Sequence record: PP681140.1
Length of the DNA stretch: 64,000 nucleotides
Strand: one strand, 5' to 3'
Source: Enterobacter phage EC152
Shown: positions 18,247-27,333 of the stretch, one piece after another
Layout: every line of letters begins with the position of its first letter
Numbering within the stretch: position 1 is the stretch's first letter
Program-made: the position numbers and the translations under genes
The notes under the pieces: model-generated
Told to the model about the DNA's origin: nothing
The model's database searches: none
The model's input: the letters and a program-made list of their open reading frames with translations, nothing else

Positions 18247-18932
18247 GCGATAATTTTCGGACTTTCGAAAGTGCTTGGTTTCATGATCTTGCCATTTCTA
18301 TCGAAGAAGACAAGGCGTGAACCTTTGACGTCTGGGTTTCGGATATCAATTACCTCACGGAAACCAACACCTTCATAACGACCATTAGAACGGTCTTCGA
18401 TTGCTTTACATTCTTGACGTAAAGCTTCGGCTTTCTCCTTACCGGGCCACAAGGCAAGAATATCCTGCACATATGGGTATTTGGTATCGTTTGAATGTAA
18501 CACCTGACGCATGTTGTAGTCAAGATTAATATCAAGACGATAGCACAGCGCAGTCACCAGCTTCAGCACATAAACAGGATCTTGCATGTTACCATAGAGG
18601 TTGTGCTCCAGATCACCAATCGTAAACGTCAATGTTGGAGAAGGGGTACAGGCCTCACGTAAATACTCAGGGCTTTTCAACTGGCAAGCATATGAGGCCA
18701 CAACAAAGAGATCGCAGGCAGCGTCAACAGTTTCAATGCGGTCTCCAACACGGAGTGCATCAACGAGTTCGTTGAATTCTTCACGAATAAAACCCCATTG
18801 CAGACTGAAAGGTGTTGCCACATTATTGCGAGCACGATATGCAACATGGTTCCATTCAATCACATGCTCCGCGTATGCGTACAGATCTGATGGTTTTGTC
18901 ATCGCTAAAAGTGTTTCGTAAACCTTACTCAT
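18243..18932 (-). CDS. MazG-like nucleotide pyrophosphohydrolase domain protein
   Basis: EW...FIREEFNELVDALRVGDRIETVDAACDLF fits the MazG/HisE pattern (E..EE..E....D..E..DAL.DL). Confidence 0.5.
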   Translation of the reverse strand: MSKVYETLLAMTKPSDLYAYAEHVIEWNHVAYRARNNVATPFSLQWGFIREEFNELVDALRVGDRIETVDAACDLFVVASYACQLKSPEYLREACTPSPTLTFTIGDLEHNLYGNMQDPVYVLKLVTALCYRLDINLDYNMRQVLHSNDTKYPYVQDILALWPGKEKAEALRQECKAIEDRSNGRYEGVGFREVIDIRNPDVKGSRLVFFDRNGKIMKPSTFESPKIIA

Positions 18933-18941
18933 TGATTCTCC

Positions 18942-19313
18942 TTAATTAATTACATCTGTCGCGTGATCACCTTCCGGTTGGTCACGAATAATTCTTAATG
19001 GCAAAAGAGCACCGTTCTTAGCTACGAACAGGCATTTGTCGCCATATGTCCCATTCTTGTACCAAGAATAAGACGTATTCACCTTGTAGGCCATACCGTC
19101 GAATTGACAGGTCATGGTGTTCCACAACGGTTTGGTAAGGGCCAGCGTTACCAGGCCCAACACAACAGCCCAAATCAACAGCAGACGTTTCACCTTTCCC
19201 TGAGTCCAGTCAATGAAATCGTCAAGCTTGTCTTTCCGGAAACGGTAGGCGATATAAATACCGCCCCCGGTTACCAGTGTTGCCCCAAAGAGCGCCAGCC
19301 AATACCAGATCAT
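18942..19313 (-). CDS. membrane protein (2 TM)
   Basis: MIWYWLALFGATLVTGGGIYIAY and a second TM segment. Confidence 0.5.
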   Translation of the reverse strand: MIWYWLALFGATLVTGGGIYIAYRFRKDKLDDFIDWTQGKVKRLLLIWAVVLGLVTLALTKPLWNTMTCQFDGMAYKVNTSYSWYKNGTYGDKCLFVAKNGALLPLRIIRDQPEGDHATDVIN

Positions 19314-19759
19314 TATGCACGTACCTCTGTTACCTTCACGGTTGCTTCACCGCGAAGTTGGATGTTGGAACCATCGTCGAGAGTGAGAATGATATCATCA
19401 CCACTGATTTTGTGGCCTTTAACAATATAATCTTTTCCCCACATCTCTACCTTATCACCCATCACGACATTTTTGGCCTTGTAATCACCCGGCAGGCGAT
19501 CTTCATCGCTAACCGCTTCATAAAGGTCGCTAAACGCTTGTGGGGACATTGCTGTGAACTGGTCACCCACTTTCACAATGTAATCACCGGGAAACGCCTG
19601 AACACCGTTAACATCCATATTCCGGATATCCCGTGTATGGATCTCAGAATCTTTCCATACCCCGGTCTCGACCCACTTGGTAACTTGACCAACCCCGGTG
19701 CTAGACCCGTTGAATACGTGTGCTTCAACCTCTTGAGGTTTGCGACTATAGAATCCCAT
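19313..19759 (-). CDS. hypothetical protein
   Basis: TAATG overlap with the DNA ligase stop. Start at M7 of the track ORF. Confidence 0.5.
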   Translation of the reverse strand: MGFYSRKPQEVEAHVFNGSSTGVGQVTKWVETGVWKDSEIHTRDIRNMDVNGVQAFPGDYIVKVGDQFTAMSPQAFSDLYEAVSDEDRLPGDYKAKNVVMGDKVEMWGKDYIVKGHKISGDDIILTLDDGSNIQLRGEATVKVTEVRA

Positions 19760-21057
19760 TAGTATACTGGCTCCCATGTTAATGTGTTAAGTTCACGTAC
19801 ACTCTGTCCCACTGGGAACTGAGGTACACCATCATCAGTGCGAGACTGGAATGTAAAGTTGATGAAACCACCAACCAACAGCAACATCTTCGCCTGAGAA
19901 CGTTCTGCATGTGTGCCTTTCATTTTACAGTTGAATCGTGTTCCGTCCTGTTCTTCACAAAGCAGAACACCCTCGCCATTTTTGTCCTCTATAGAATCAA
20001 GGACCTTGGCCTCACCATCCTGGAACAGCTTCCATTTCTGGAGATCAGAGGATCGTTGACCGAACTCGTAGACACCTTTGAAGTTACGGATGATCGACCC
20101 TTCAAATCCTTGCTCCATGTATTTACCGATGGACCACTTAACTTCTCTCTCAGAAGTGACAACAATACCAGCGATAACTTTTACCAATGGAACGTTGAGT
20201 TCGCACTCGACAGCATCAGTAACAGCCAGAAGGTCTTGGTGTCTGGTCTTATCGTGTTCATAAGAATACCAAGGACTCTGTGCATTCACCGGAATGTCAA
20301 AGATATGATACTCAAGGTCAAGACTCGAATAACCACTGTAGCGATCAACGTCCTTCACAGGTTTATACGTTGAAACAGCCCACACGTTGCCGTCAAAGTC
20401 TTTCCAGAGATGTTCACCTGCTTCAACAGCCTTGTTGTAACGCTTGATATCAGCTTGATAATCCTTTTCGATCTCGGATTCAATCTGTTCAGGTGTACGC
20501 CACTTCTTAGCAAGAGCAACAATCTTCTGTAGACTCAGGCCATGAATATACAGTTCACCATCGAACTTGTCAAACCCTGAATGCTCTGCAAGTTCCTTAA
20601 CTTGCTGTAGCAGAGCGCCCTGCACAGGGTATGTCTTGTTTCCACGACTATTAAACACCGGGATGCCATTCTTGTCAAGAGTTACAAGAGCACGAACACC
20701 GTCAAGCTTTGGCTGCACATAGGCAGGATAGACGATAGCTGAAGATCGCTTGATCGCATCGTGTGCCAACATAGGAGAAAAGTTTTCTTCCTCTACGAGC
20801 TTGCTTGTATCGTCACGATATCCAAGACGAACCTGTTTCTCCCACTTAGAAACAGCCTCAACCCATGCCTGCTGTTCTGCGGTGGTTTCATTAGATCGCC
20901 CAACATTCTTAGGTTCACAGGTTGTAACCTTCTGTTGCTTCTTACCACCGACCTTACCAAACTCCACTACGACCTGATCACCTACAATAAACACCTTCCA
21001 ACACTGGAAAGAACCGTCTTTGTTCAGTGCGAAAAGTGTTGAGTTAACTTGCTGCAT
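19759..21057 (-). CDS. ATP-dependent DNA ligase
   Basis: KLDGVRAL (KxDG) adenylation motif. 432 aa. Confidence 0.85.
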   Translation of the reverse strand: MQQVNSTLFALNKDGSFQCWKVFIVGDQVVVEFGKVGGKKQQKVTTCEPKNVGRSNETTAEQQAWVEAVSKWEKQVRLGYRDDTSKLVEEENFSPMLAHDAIKRSSAIVYPAYVQPKLDGVRALVTLDKNGIPVFNSRGNKTYPVQGALLQQVKELAEHSGFDKFDGELYIHGLSLQKIVALAKKWRTPEQIESEIEKDYQADIKRYNKAVEAGEHLWKDFDGNVWAVSTYKPVKDVDRYSGYSSLDLEYHIFDIPVNAQSPWYSYEHDKTRHQDLLAVTDAVECELNVPLVKVIAGIVVTSEREVKWSIGKYMEQGFEGSIIRNFKGVYEFGQRSSDLQKWKLFQDGEAKVLDSIEDKNGEGVLLCEEQDGTRFNCKMKGTHAERSQAKMLLLVGGFINFTFQSRTDDGVPQFPVGQSVRELNTLTWEPVY

Positions 21058-21833
21058 TATTTCTCCTTTTTCTGTAAAGGCGTTTTTCCTTCAAGGTGGT
21101 CTTCAACCATATTGATTAAACCGGGGTTGCTGAAAGCATCAACAGCGCCTGCCCGATAAACGATAACACCCGCATCTTCATACATCAACTGCTCATCATA
21201 GCGAACACCTGGGTTAACAACCACCACCTTTGTTCCTCGCATGACAGCAGGGAAAAGTTCCCAGTTGAAGTTGATCACTGTGTTTGAACAACCAACCACA
21301 ATAACCATGTCTTCAGATGTCAAGCTATCTAAGGTCGAATATAGCTGCCCGTATGCAGGCGCAGTTTCACCAAAAAAGATAACGTTAGGCTTGCACCATC
21401 CATAATCATCTGGGTCAATCTGCTCATAGCCAACATCAATGATCTTTTTAGGTGATCCAGCCTCAGTCTCAATCACCAACTCTTTCAGATAACCATGAAT
21501 ATAAAGCGTATCTTCTTTAGGAACGCCTGCACGTTCCAACAGGTCATCAACGTTAGTTGTCAAGTTAATAACCTGGTTAGGATAGTTTTTATACCACTCT
21601 GCCACACGCATATGTGCAGCGTTAGGATGCACAGTTTGCAGTTCTGCACGACGCTTGTTATAAAAAGTATGCGTCTTGTGGTAAAAATTACCACGGAAGG
21701 CATGGATGTTGCATACCTCTTCAAGGTCATACTCATCCCACAAGGCCTTCCCGGAGTTCGTATCGGTACGGAATGTACGGATTCCGCTTTCAGCAGAAAA
21801 TCCAGCACCGCTAATGACATATAAGCGCCTCAA
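21057..21833 (-). CDS. Sir2-family protein (sirtuin-like, no zinc-ribbon cysteines)
   Basis: GAGFSAESGIRTFR, TTNVDDLLERAG, IHGYL and VIFFGE Sir2 motifs. No CxxC pairs are present. Confidence 0.75.
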   Translation of the reverse strand: MRRLYVISGAGFSAESGIRTFRTDTNSGKALWDEYDLEEVCNIHAFRGNFYHKTHTFYNKRRAELQTVHPNAAHMRVAEWYKNYPNQVINLTTNVDDLLERAGVPKEDTLYIHGYLKELVIETEAGSPKKIIDVGYEQIDPDDYGWCKPNVIFFGETAPAYGQLYSTLDSLTSEDMVIVVGCSNTVINFNWELFPAVMRGTKVVVVNPGVRYDEQLMYEDAGVIVYRAGAVDAFSNPGLINMVEDHLEGKTPLQKKEK

Positions 21834-21843
21834 ATATTTCTCC

Positions 21844-22269
21844 TTATTGCAATTTCAATGAGTTACGCAGACGACGCTCTTGAGCATCACGAGTTTCCTG
21901 CGGAACGCTGTGAATAGAATCATTGCCATGACGGTTCTCGACAACCAGGCTAATGACGCGATACCCATACTCCTCAGCCAACTTAAGGTATGGTTTCAGT
22001 TCTTTTTCACTGGTTGATGTGTTGGACACAATGATCTTACTGGAATTGCCAAAACCATTGAAGTCATTCTCCATCCACTCGCGAACCTGTTCTTGACACC
22101 ATGCATGTGCCGCCTGAATATTCTCAGGTTTCCAGTCATAAACACCATCTTCCGTATAGTGGAATTTATCTGCTTCACATACAGGCCACAAACCCTCTGC
22201 GAGCATGTCTGCAACCGTAGACTTACCAGCACCAGACACACCACGCAGGATAATAAGAGTCTTTTCCAT
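21844..22269 (-). CDS. P-loop polynucleotide kinase-like (Pnk/AAA_33) protein
   Basis: LRGVSGAGKST Walker A. The VSNTS...ENRHGN arrangement resembles the T4 Pnk kinase domain. Confidence 0.6.
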   Translation of the reverse strand: MEKTLIILRGVSGAGKSTVADMLAEGLWPVCEADKFHYTEDGVYDWKPENIQAAHAWCQEQVREWMENDFNGFGNSSKIIVSNTSTSEKELKPYLKLAEEYGYRVISLVVENRHGNDSIHSVPQETRDAQERRLRNSLKLQ

Positions 22270-22278
22270 CTCTTCTCC

Positions 22279-22623
22279 TCAGTAATTGTTTCTCAGAATG
22301 CTCACACCATACCGAGCCATGCTCTCTTTTGCAAGCATAAATTTGTGTCCTGCCGATGGATTAGATGTATGCACGAACAGTTTAATCGGACCAAACAACA
22401 TCTTACCAAAGACAATCTTTTCCTCAAGATTAAGGAAGCACCAATACCCGTCATGGTCTGATTCCTCACCAAGGTCGTTATCGAAGTGCCACTCGGTGAC
22501 ACGACGATATGGTTTACTACGATCTTCGAGGAACTCCATAAACTCTTCAGAGTTCTTTAACCACAAGGCATCCGGATAACCATAATCTTTTGGGTCGCGA
22601 AGGTCATCCAACCAGATTATCAT
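22279..22623 (-). CDS. hypothetical protein with IWLDDLRDP / HFDNDLG acidic motifs
   Basis: 114 aa. Encoded between the kinase and ligase genes. Confidence 0.45.
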   Translation of the reverse strand: MIIWLDDLRDPKDYGYPDALWLKNSEEFMEFLEDRSKPYRRVTEWHFDNDLGEESDHDGYWCFLNLEEKIVFGKMLFGPIKLFVHTSNPSAGHKFMLAKESMARYGVSILRNNY

Positions 22624-22856
22624 TTCTCACCCCTTTCCTTGTGAGGGTAGATTGAACACCCAACACCGTAGCAGCAGATCATGGCAATGATGAATAGAAT
22701 ACCGCCAAAAATTACTTGACCACCAAGCGTTTCGATAACCCAATTCACAAAAATTATCAGTGCAGACAACAATACAAACACAGATAACCCAATGATAAAT
22801 CTAGTAATTACCGAAACAGCACGGTCGCATTTGTCCTTAATACTCATAAGTTTCAT
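22620..22856 (-). CDS. small membrane protein (2 TM)
   Basis: 78 aa, hydrophobic. Confidence 0.45.
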   Translation of the reverse strand: MKLMSIKDKCDRAVSVITRFIIGLSVFVLLSALIIFVNWVIETLGGQVIFGGILFIIAMICCYGVGCSIYPHKERGEK

Positions 22857-23773
22857 TTGCGGTCCTCGAAATATTTTTCAATGATCATACGCCGATACTG
22901 AGAGTCCTTAGCGGCCCACTCTTCTTTTTCGTAAGCCCAGCGAAGCCAGTCAAGGAGTTCGTAGAACTCTTCGTCAATACGCTGTTTGGCATTCTGAGGA
23001 TTATCCCAGATCATGTCCCACTTGTTCTGGCTACCCCGCATCAAGAACTTCTTCGCCAGGTAGTGTGGTGACTTGATTTTCAGGAGTAATTCTCCGGTAT
23101 CAACATCACGTACAACAAAACCTTCATGGTGTACTTCCTTGGATGCTTTCACAACATCACTGAAGATCATGTTATCCCATCCAGCACGTTTCCATCCATA
23201 ACGGTTTGCAACCTTATCAAGGTCCCATTCAGGAAGCATACCACCACTAAGGTGGACACGGCAACCGATCAGGTATGCACCAGCCTCTTCTGCGACGATA
23301 TGTGGATCACTTTCATCACAGATTTCGAAAATCAGTGTACATGGTCCAGCACCCTTGACAAAATAATCCAGAAGATCAGGCGACATTGCACCAACGATCT
23401 TTTCTTTTGCCATATGAGCGAATTCAGAATCGAGTGTCCCCGTTGTTGAGACAATGACCTCACCATTGTAAACACTCATAGCAGCCATAAAGCCATTAAC
23501 TTTACGAGGTACACACACCAACTGGTCCCGTGGAACATCGGTGTTATTCTCGAAGCGGTTGAAAATCTTCGTGAAAGGCCAGATAACAACGTTGTCCTCT
23601 GCATCAACAACCATGCCACGGCACTCAAGAAGACGTGCGTCTGTGTGCCATAAGTTATCCCAGAACACATTGTTCTTATATTTCAGAACAGACAGACCCG
23701 CGAACGGGCCTTCGGTGTAAGTCTTTTTGGTTACCAGCTTTTTAGCTACCAGATCGTCTACGTTAAATTTCAT
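22853..23773 (-). CDS. RNA ligase-like nucleotidyltransferase (Rnl family)
   Basis: Motif I PRKVNGF (KxNG), EGFVVRD and LLKIKSPHY (KxK). It is distinct from the DNA ligase at 19759. Confidence 0.65.
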   Translation of the reverse strand: MKFNVDDLVAKKLVTKKTYTEGPFAGLSVLKYKNNVFWDNLWHTDARLLECRGMVVDAEDNVVIWPFTKIFNRFENNTDVPRDQLVCVPRKVNGFMAAMSVYNGEVIVSTTGTLDSEFAHMAKEKIVGAMSPDLLDYFVKGAGPCTLIFEICDESDPHIVAEEAGAYLIGCRVHLSGGMLPEWDLDKVANRYGWKRAGWDNMIFSDVVKASKEVHHEGFVVRDVDTGELLLKIKSPHYLAKKFLMRGSQNKWDMIWDNPQNAKQRIDEEFYELLDWLRWAYEKEEWAAKDSQYRRMIIEKYFEDRK

Positions 23774-23782
23774 TTTTGTCCC

Positions 23783-23959
23783 CTACTTTTTCTTGAAGAA
23801 TGTCTGGATTATACATGCCTCACGGCGGCTGTCAATACTTTGTTCTGGCATTGATGCCGCTGTTACAAGTTTAGCAACATCGCGCTTGTCGATGGAGCCA
23901 TACGCACCAGAATCCATCATGAAGAAAATCTTGTCTTGGGTAATTTTATGAACTTTCAT
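23783..23959 (-). CDS. small ORF (58 aa) not in the track
   Basis: GAGAGGA RBS plus ATG. The translation begins MKVHKITQDKIFFMMDSGAYG. It fills the gap in the leftward operon. Confidence 0.4.
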   Translation of the reverse strand: MKVHKITQDKIFFMMDSGAYGSIDKRDVAKLVTAASMPEQSIDSRREACIIQTFFKKK

Positions 23960-23977
23960 AAGTCCTCTCTTAGGTAA

Positions 23978-24334
23978 TTAACTACGCTTTTCGTAACCTT
24001 CTGCCTGATAGTAGGTAGTATTGTGCGGTGTTTCAATGCTAAAACTGATCTGGCAGAGTTCTTGGGCTAAGAATGTACCAAGTTCAACAGCCATGTCAAG
24101 TATTTCGTGCTCAGGACGCTCAAAGCGCGGGTACTGCATGATCCGGGCAGTCATACCATCCTCAACACCACCTGTGTACACGTAGGTACACGGGGAGATC
24201 TGCACACAAGCGCCTTTCATCACCCACTGGCGACACAGGTTTTCAGCCTGATTGTAGTTGCCAGCGATGTGAATTGTTGCATAGAAAGACTTAGAAGTCT
24301 TCTTTGGTAAAAAATTACGAGGCTTGTTGTGCAT
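23978..24334 (-). CDS. hypothetical protein
   Basis: The start at 24334 lies just after the upstream stop and has a GGAG RBS. Confidence 0.45.
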   Translation of the reverse strand: MHNKPRNFLPKKTSKSFYATIHIAGNYNQAENLCRQWVMKGACVQISPCTYVYTGGVEDGMTARIMQYPRFERPEHEILDMAVELGTFLAQELCQISFSIETPHNTTYYQAEGYEKRS

Positions 24335-24335
24335 A

Positions 24336-24935
24336 TTATTCTCCATGATCAACAGTGTAAATTGGTTTAGCAAGGCACATCATAACAGCTTCACGCATCG
24401 TTAAAGGACGACCATGCACATCCCAACCCACATCCAAAATACGCCCACCAGGGGCCGTATAGGAGCCGTGGCTGTGACCGTGCAGCATTACCGACCCGTG
24501 GTGAGCTTTATTCCACGAGGCAAAAGGATAGTGGGACATACATACCTTCACCTTTTCTTTTCCGGTGCTGAACTCAATTTCCTTATAGTCCACAACTTCA
24601 TGACCAAACTCACGGAAGATACGCTTGGTCTGATGGTTGTCATGATTACCACCAACCAGAATGATCTTCCCATTGATACGACTCAGGATATCACGAACTT
24701 TTGGCTCAACATGCTTACCATAGGCAATAACGAAATCCCCCAGGTGTGCCACCACATCGTCAGGCTTGACGTGTTTGTTCCACGTCTTAACCATGTCGTC
24801 ATTCATTTTTACAACTGAGGCTGAGTCTTCTTTCGGGCCGTACAGGTTCTTACGGAACTTATCACACGATGGGAAACCAAGAATGTTGGTGTGCCACCAG
24901 TGGGTGTCTGATGTAACGTGATCAATTTGAATCAT
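24336..24935 (-). CDS. calcineurin-like metallophosphoesterase
   Basis: The DxH, GDFV, GNHD and GHSHG motifs are all present. Confidence 0.8.
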   Translation of the reverse strand: MIQIDHVTSDTHWWHTNILGFPSCDKFRKNLYGPKEDSASVVKMNDDMVKTWNKHVKPDDVVAHLGDFVIAYGKHVEPKVRDILSRINGKIILVGGNHDNHQTKRIFREFGHEVVDYKEIEFSTGKEKVKVCMSHYPFASWNKAHHGSVMLHGHSHGSYTAPGGRILDVGWDVHGRPLTMREAVMMCLAKPIYTVDHGE

Positions 24936-25216
24936 TTCTTTTTCCTTTTTGTTGTTTTCTTATACAAACCTAACGCGGCATTCTCCTTGGCGCAAGTGAG
25001 AACTCTTTCGATCTTGCGACGATCAACCTCCGGCATATTAAGTTCCCACCAACCCATCCAGTAGATCTGGTCTTTGGTGAGTGGTTCTGCTTCAGGATCT
25101 GCCTCTTGATCATGAAGGCGCTGTATAGCTTCCTTGATCACACCAACATCGGTTGTGAACACAAACGCTTCTGTATCGAACTTGTCCTTAACGGGCTTCT
25201 TAATATCTTTTTTCAT
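24932..25216 (-). CDS. hypothetical protein
   Basis: 94 aa. Confidence 0.45.
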   Translation of the reverse strand: MKKDIKKPVKDKFDTEAFVFTTDVGVIKEAIQRLHDQEADPEAEPLTKDQIYWMGWWELNMPEVDRRKIERVLTCAKENAALGLYKKTTKRKKK

Positions 25217-25482
25217 TTTATCTCCGTAGCCGGGTAAGCATAGAGGATTCCGTCACGAATGTTACGGTTGTGCTGCCACACAATCAGCTTCATGCACACC
25301 AGATTGACTACATGACGATCACCATGAATGTAAACACTGGAGTCCATCCATGTCTTACCCCAGTCAACCCGACTGTCGAGATACAGCTTAACACCATATC
25401 GTTTCTCCGCTGCACTCATAATCTCCAAGAGGGCTTCATAAGCCTCTTTGTAGATTGAGTTATCGCAGGTAATGCTCTTCAT
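25213..25482 (-). CDS. hypothetical protein (start ambiguous)
   Basis: Possible starts are ATG at 25482 or TTG at 25488/25503. Confidence 0.4.
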   Translation of the reverse strand: MKSITCDNSIYKEAYEALLEIMSAAEKRYGVKLYLDSRVDWGKTWMDSSVYIHGDRHVVNLVCMKLIVWQHNRNIRDGILYAYPATEIK

Positions 25483-25599
25483 ATCCAAATTAACCCTCCA
25501 CAATAGCCCTCAGAGCCTCTGAGTGGCCCTGTATTGAATTAAATGGGTGTAGGGAACCCAAGTGTACCACCACACCATTAAAACCTCTTACAACGCTTC

Positions 25600-25923
25600 T
25601 CAGAGCGTTATACGAATCTCACTGAGATCCACCACACAATTATTACTCTCGATATGTTCCACTGTCAAGTCCTTATACCATACCACAGTGACATTTCTTT
25701 GTCTTAGACGACTACGTAATGACGTGAGGTAGTCACCGAACACTTCCTGCTCAGACTTACCATCTGGTAAAACCACACACACATTTTGTTCTTTCATTGA
25801 TTCATGAAACACATCACGAATCAACATGAGCCTTGACTTCTCCTCGTCAGTCTGTTCAGCTTTACGACGAGGTTTACCACACACCATATCACCAATATCT
25901 TTTGTTTGTTTACTTGACAACAT
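25600..25923 (-). CDS. hypothetical protein, first gene of the leftward early operon
   Basis: AAGGAG RBS before the ATG at 25923. Confidence 0.5.
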   Translation of the reverse strand: MLSSKQTKDIGDMVCGKPRRKAEQTDEEKSRLMLIRDVFHESMKEQNVCVVLPDGKSEQEVFGDYLTSLRSRLRQRNVTVVWYKDLTVEHIESNNCVVDLSEIRITL

Positions 25924-25992
25924 TACAATCTCCTTTAACAATACGAGCATTCTACATGAACAAAATCTGAAGTCAACCCCTTGACAGCACAT

Positions 25993-26201
25993 TCCTGTTC
26001 ATTCATACTGCGGTTCATCAAGTGAACGACTCTTTGATAGTAGAATATATAGATCATACTAAAAGATCTTGTTTTTAGATCTTATGTTTTATTGTTTTTA
26101 TAAAAGAGTATTGTTTTATTTATTTTATATAGTATTTATTTCTGTTATCAATTTGAGACTAGGCTTAGTATCAATTTGAGTATAGGCTATGGAGGAGAGA
26201 C
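25993..26201. promoter_or_regulatory. AT-rich divergent control region
   Basis: TTGACA-N17-CATACT lies at 25994-26022. BglII-type palindromes AAGATCTT and AGATCTTA lie 7 nt apart near 26060-26084. Two 20-nt direct repeats TATCAATTTGAG(ac/ta)TAGGCT at 26146-26165 and 26171-26190 lie 5 nt apart. Confidence 0.5.
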
Positions 26202-26519
26202 ATGGGGTACATCGCGTCAGGTAAGCACATCTACGGTAACTTCGAACTGAAGTTGCTGTCGGTGACCTGCGCCTCGTCCAACGACAAGATTGTGTACCTC
26301 TACATGCGTCATCAGTATCACTACTTCAAGTCTCTCCGGAAAACGTATCATGAGTCGCTTGATAGTATTGCTGATGCCACAGGATTATCGAGGGCAACTG
26401 TTGCCAGGTGTGTGAGCAACCTTGAAAAGATAAAGTGGTTGACAAAGGACACAACACGCACCAACATGGGCCACAACAAAACGATTTACGAAATTCACAA
26501 TTGGACAGAGGAGAAATAA
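26202..26519 (+). CDS. helix-turn-helix DNA-binding protein
   Basis: SLDSIADATGLSRATVARCVSNLEK HTH. GGAGGAGAGACATG RBS. Confidence 0.55.
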   Translation: MGYIASGKHIYGNFELKLLSVTCASSNDKIVYLYMRHQYHYFKSLRKTYHESLDSIADATGLSRATVARCVSNLEKIKWLTKDTTRTNMGHNKTIYEIHNWTEEK

Positions 26520-26520
26520 A

Positions 26521-27333
26521 ATGAGTATTGAATTACGTTTGAACAAACTGGTTGTTCCTGTAGACCACTTCACCTTTAAGGGTGGTGAGGAACAGGTCAA
26601 AATTGACCTAAAACACGCACCAAAAGGCGGTATTGGTTTCGTAGATATCACTGCCAAAATCAAAAATTCAACTGATGTCATGGCACTGGCTATGTTGGTG
26701 GATGCGTGTTCCCGTTTGGAAGGATTGCATAACCACGCAGAGTTCACCCTGCACCTTCCATACATCCCGTATGCACGTCAAGACCGTGTAATGAACCCAG
26801 GTGAAGCGTTATCTATTAAGGTTTTCGCAAACATTGTCAACTCGCTTGGTTTCGACACGGTTATCGTTGATGACCCGCACAGCGATGTCTCTGCTGCACT
26901 GCTCAATAACGTCCGTATCCGTGGTCAGGATGTTCTTATTTCCGAGATGAAAGATCTTGGCAACTCCACATTGCATAGCAACTCTTTGGTTGTGGTAGCA
27001 CCTGATGCGGGTGCTCGCAAGAAAGCCCATAAGGTTGCTGACCGATTCAGTCTTCCTCTTGTTGAGGCTGGTAAAGTACGTGATTTGCAGACCAACGAAA
27101 TCACTGGTACTGCGGTGTTCGGAGATGTTGAAGGTAAAGTGTGTATGATTGTTGATGATATCTGCGACGGTGGTCGTACATTCATCGCCCTTGCACAGGC
27201 CCTGAAAGAAAACGGTGCGAAACGTGTTATCCTGTACGTTACTCACGGTATCTTTTCTTTCGGTAAACAGGTCATCCTCGATGGTGGGGTTGATGAAATC
27301 TATGCGTATCATGACTGGACGGAGAATTTTTAA
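26521..27333 (+). CDS. prs: ribose-phosphate pyrophosphokinase (PRPP synthetase)
   Basis: VVAPDAGARKKAHKVA and the PRPP-binding loop VCMIVDDICDGGRTF. Confidence 0.75.
   Translation: MSIELRLNKLVVPVDHFTFKGGEEQVKIDLKHAPKGGIGFVDITAKIKNSTDVMALAMLVDACSRLEGLHNHAEFTLHLPYIPYARQDRVMNPGEALSIKVFANIVNSLGFDTVIVDDPHSDVSAALLNNVRIRGQDVLISEMKDLGNSTLHSNSLVVVAPDAGARKKAHKVADRFSLPLVEAGKVRDLQTNEITGTAVFGDVEGKVCMIVDDICDGGRTFIALAQALKENGAKRVILYVTHGIFSFGKQVILDGGVDEIYAYHDWTENF

Noticed and set aside
26146-26190. CRISPR or att-site-like direct repeats
   Set aside because: There are only two copies, and they lie immediately at a gene start in a promoter region. They are more consistent with operator or promoter elements.
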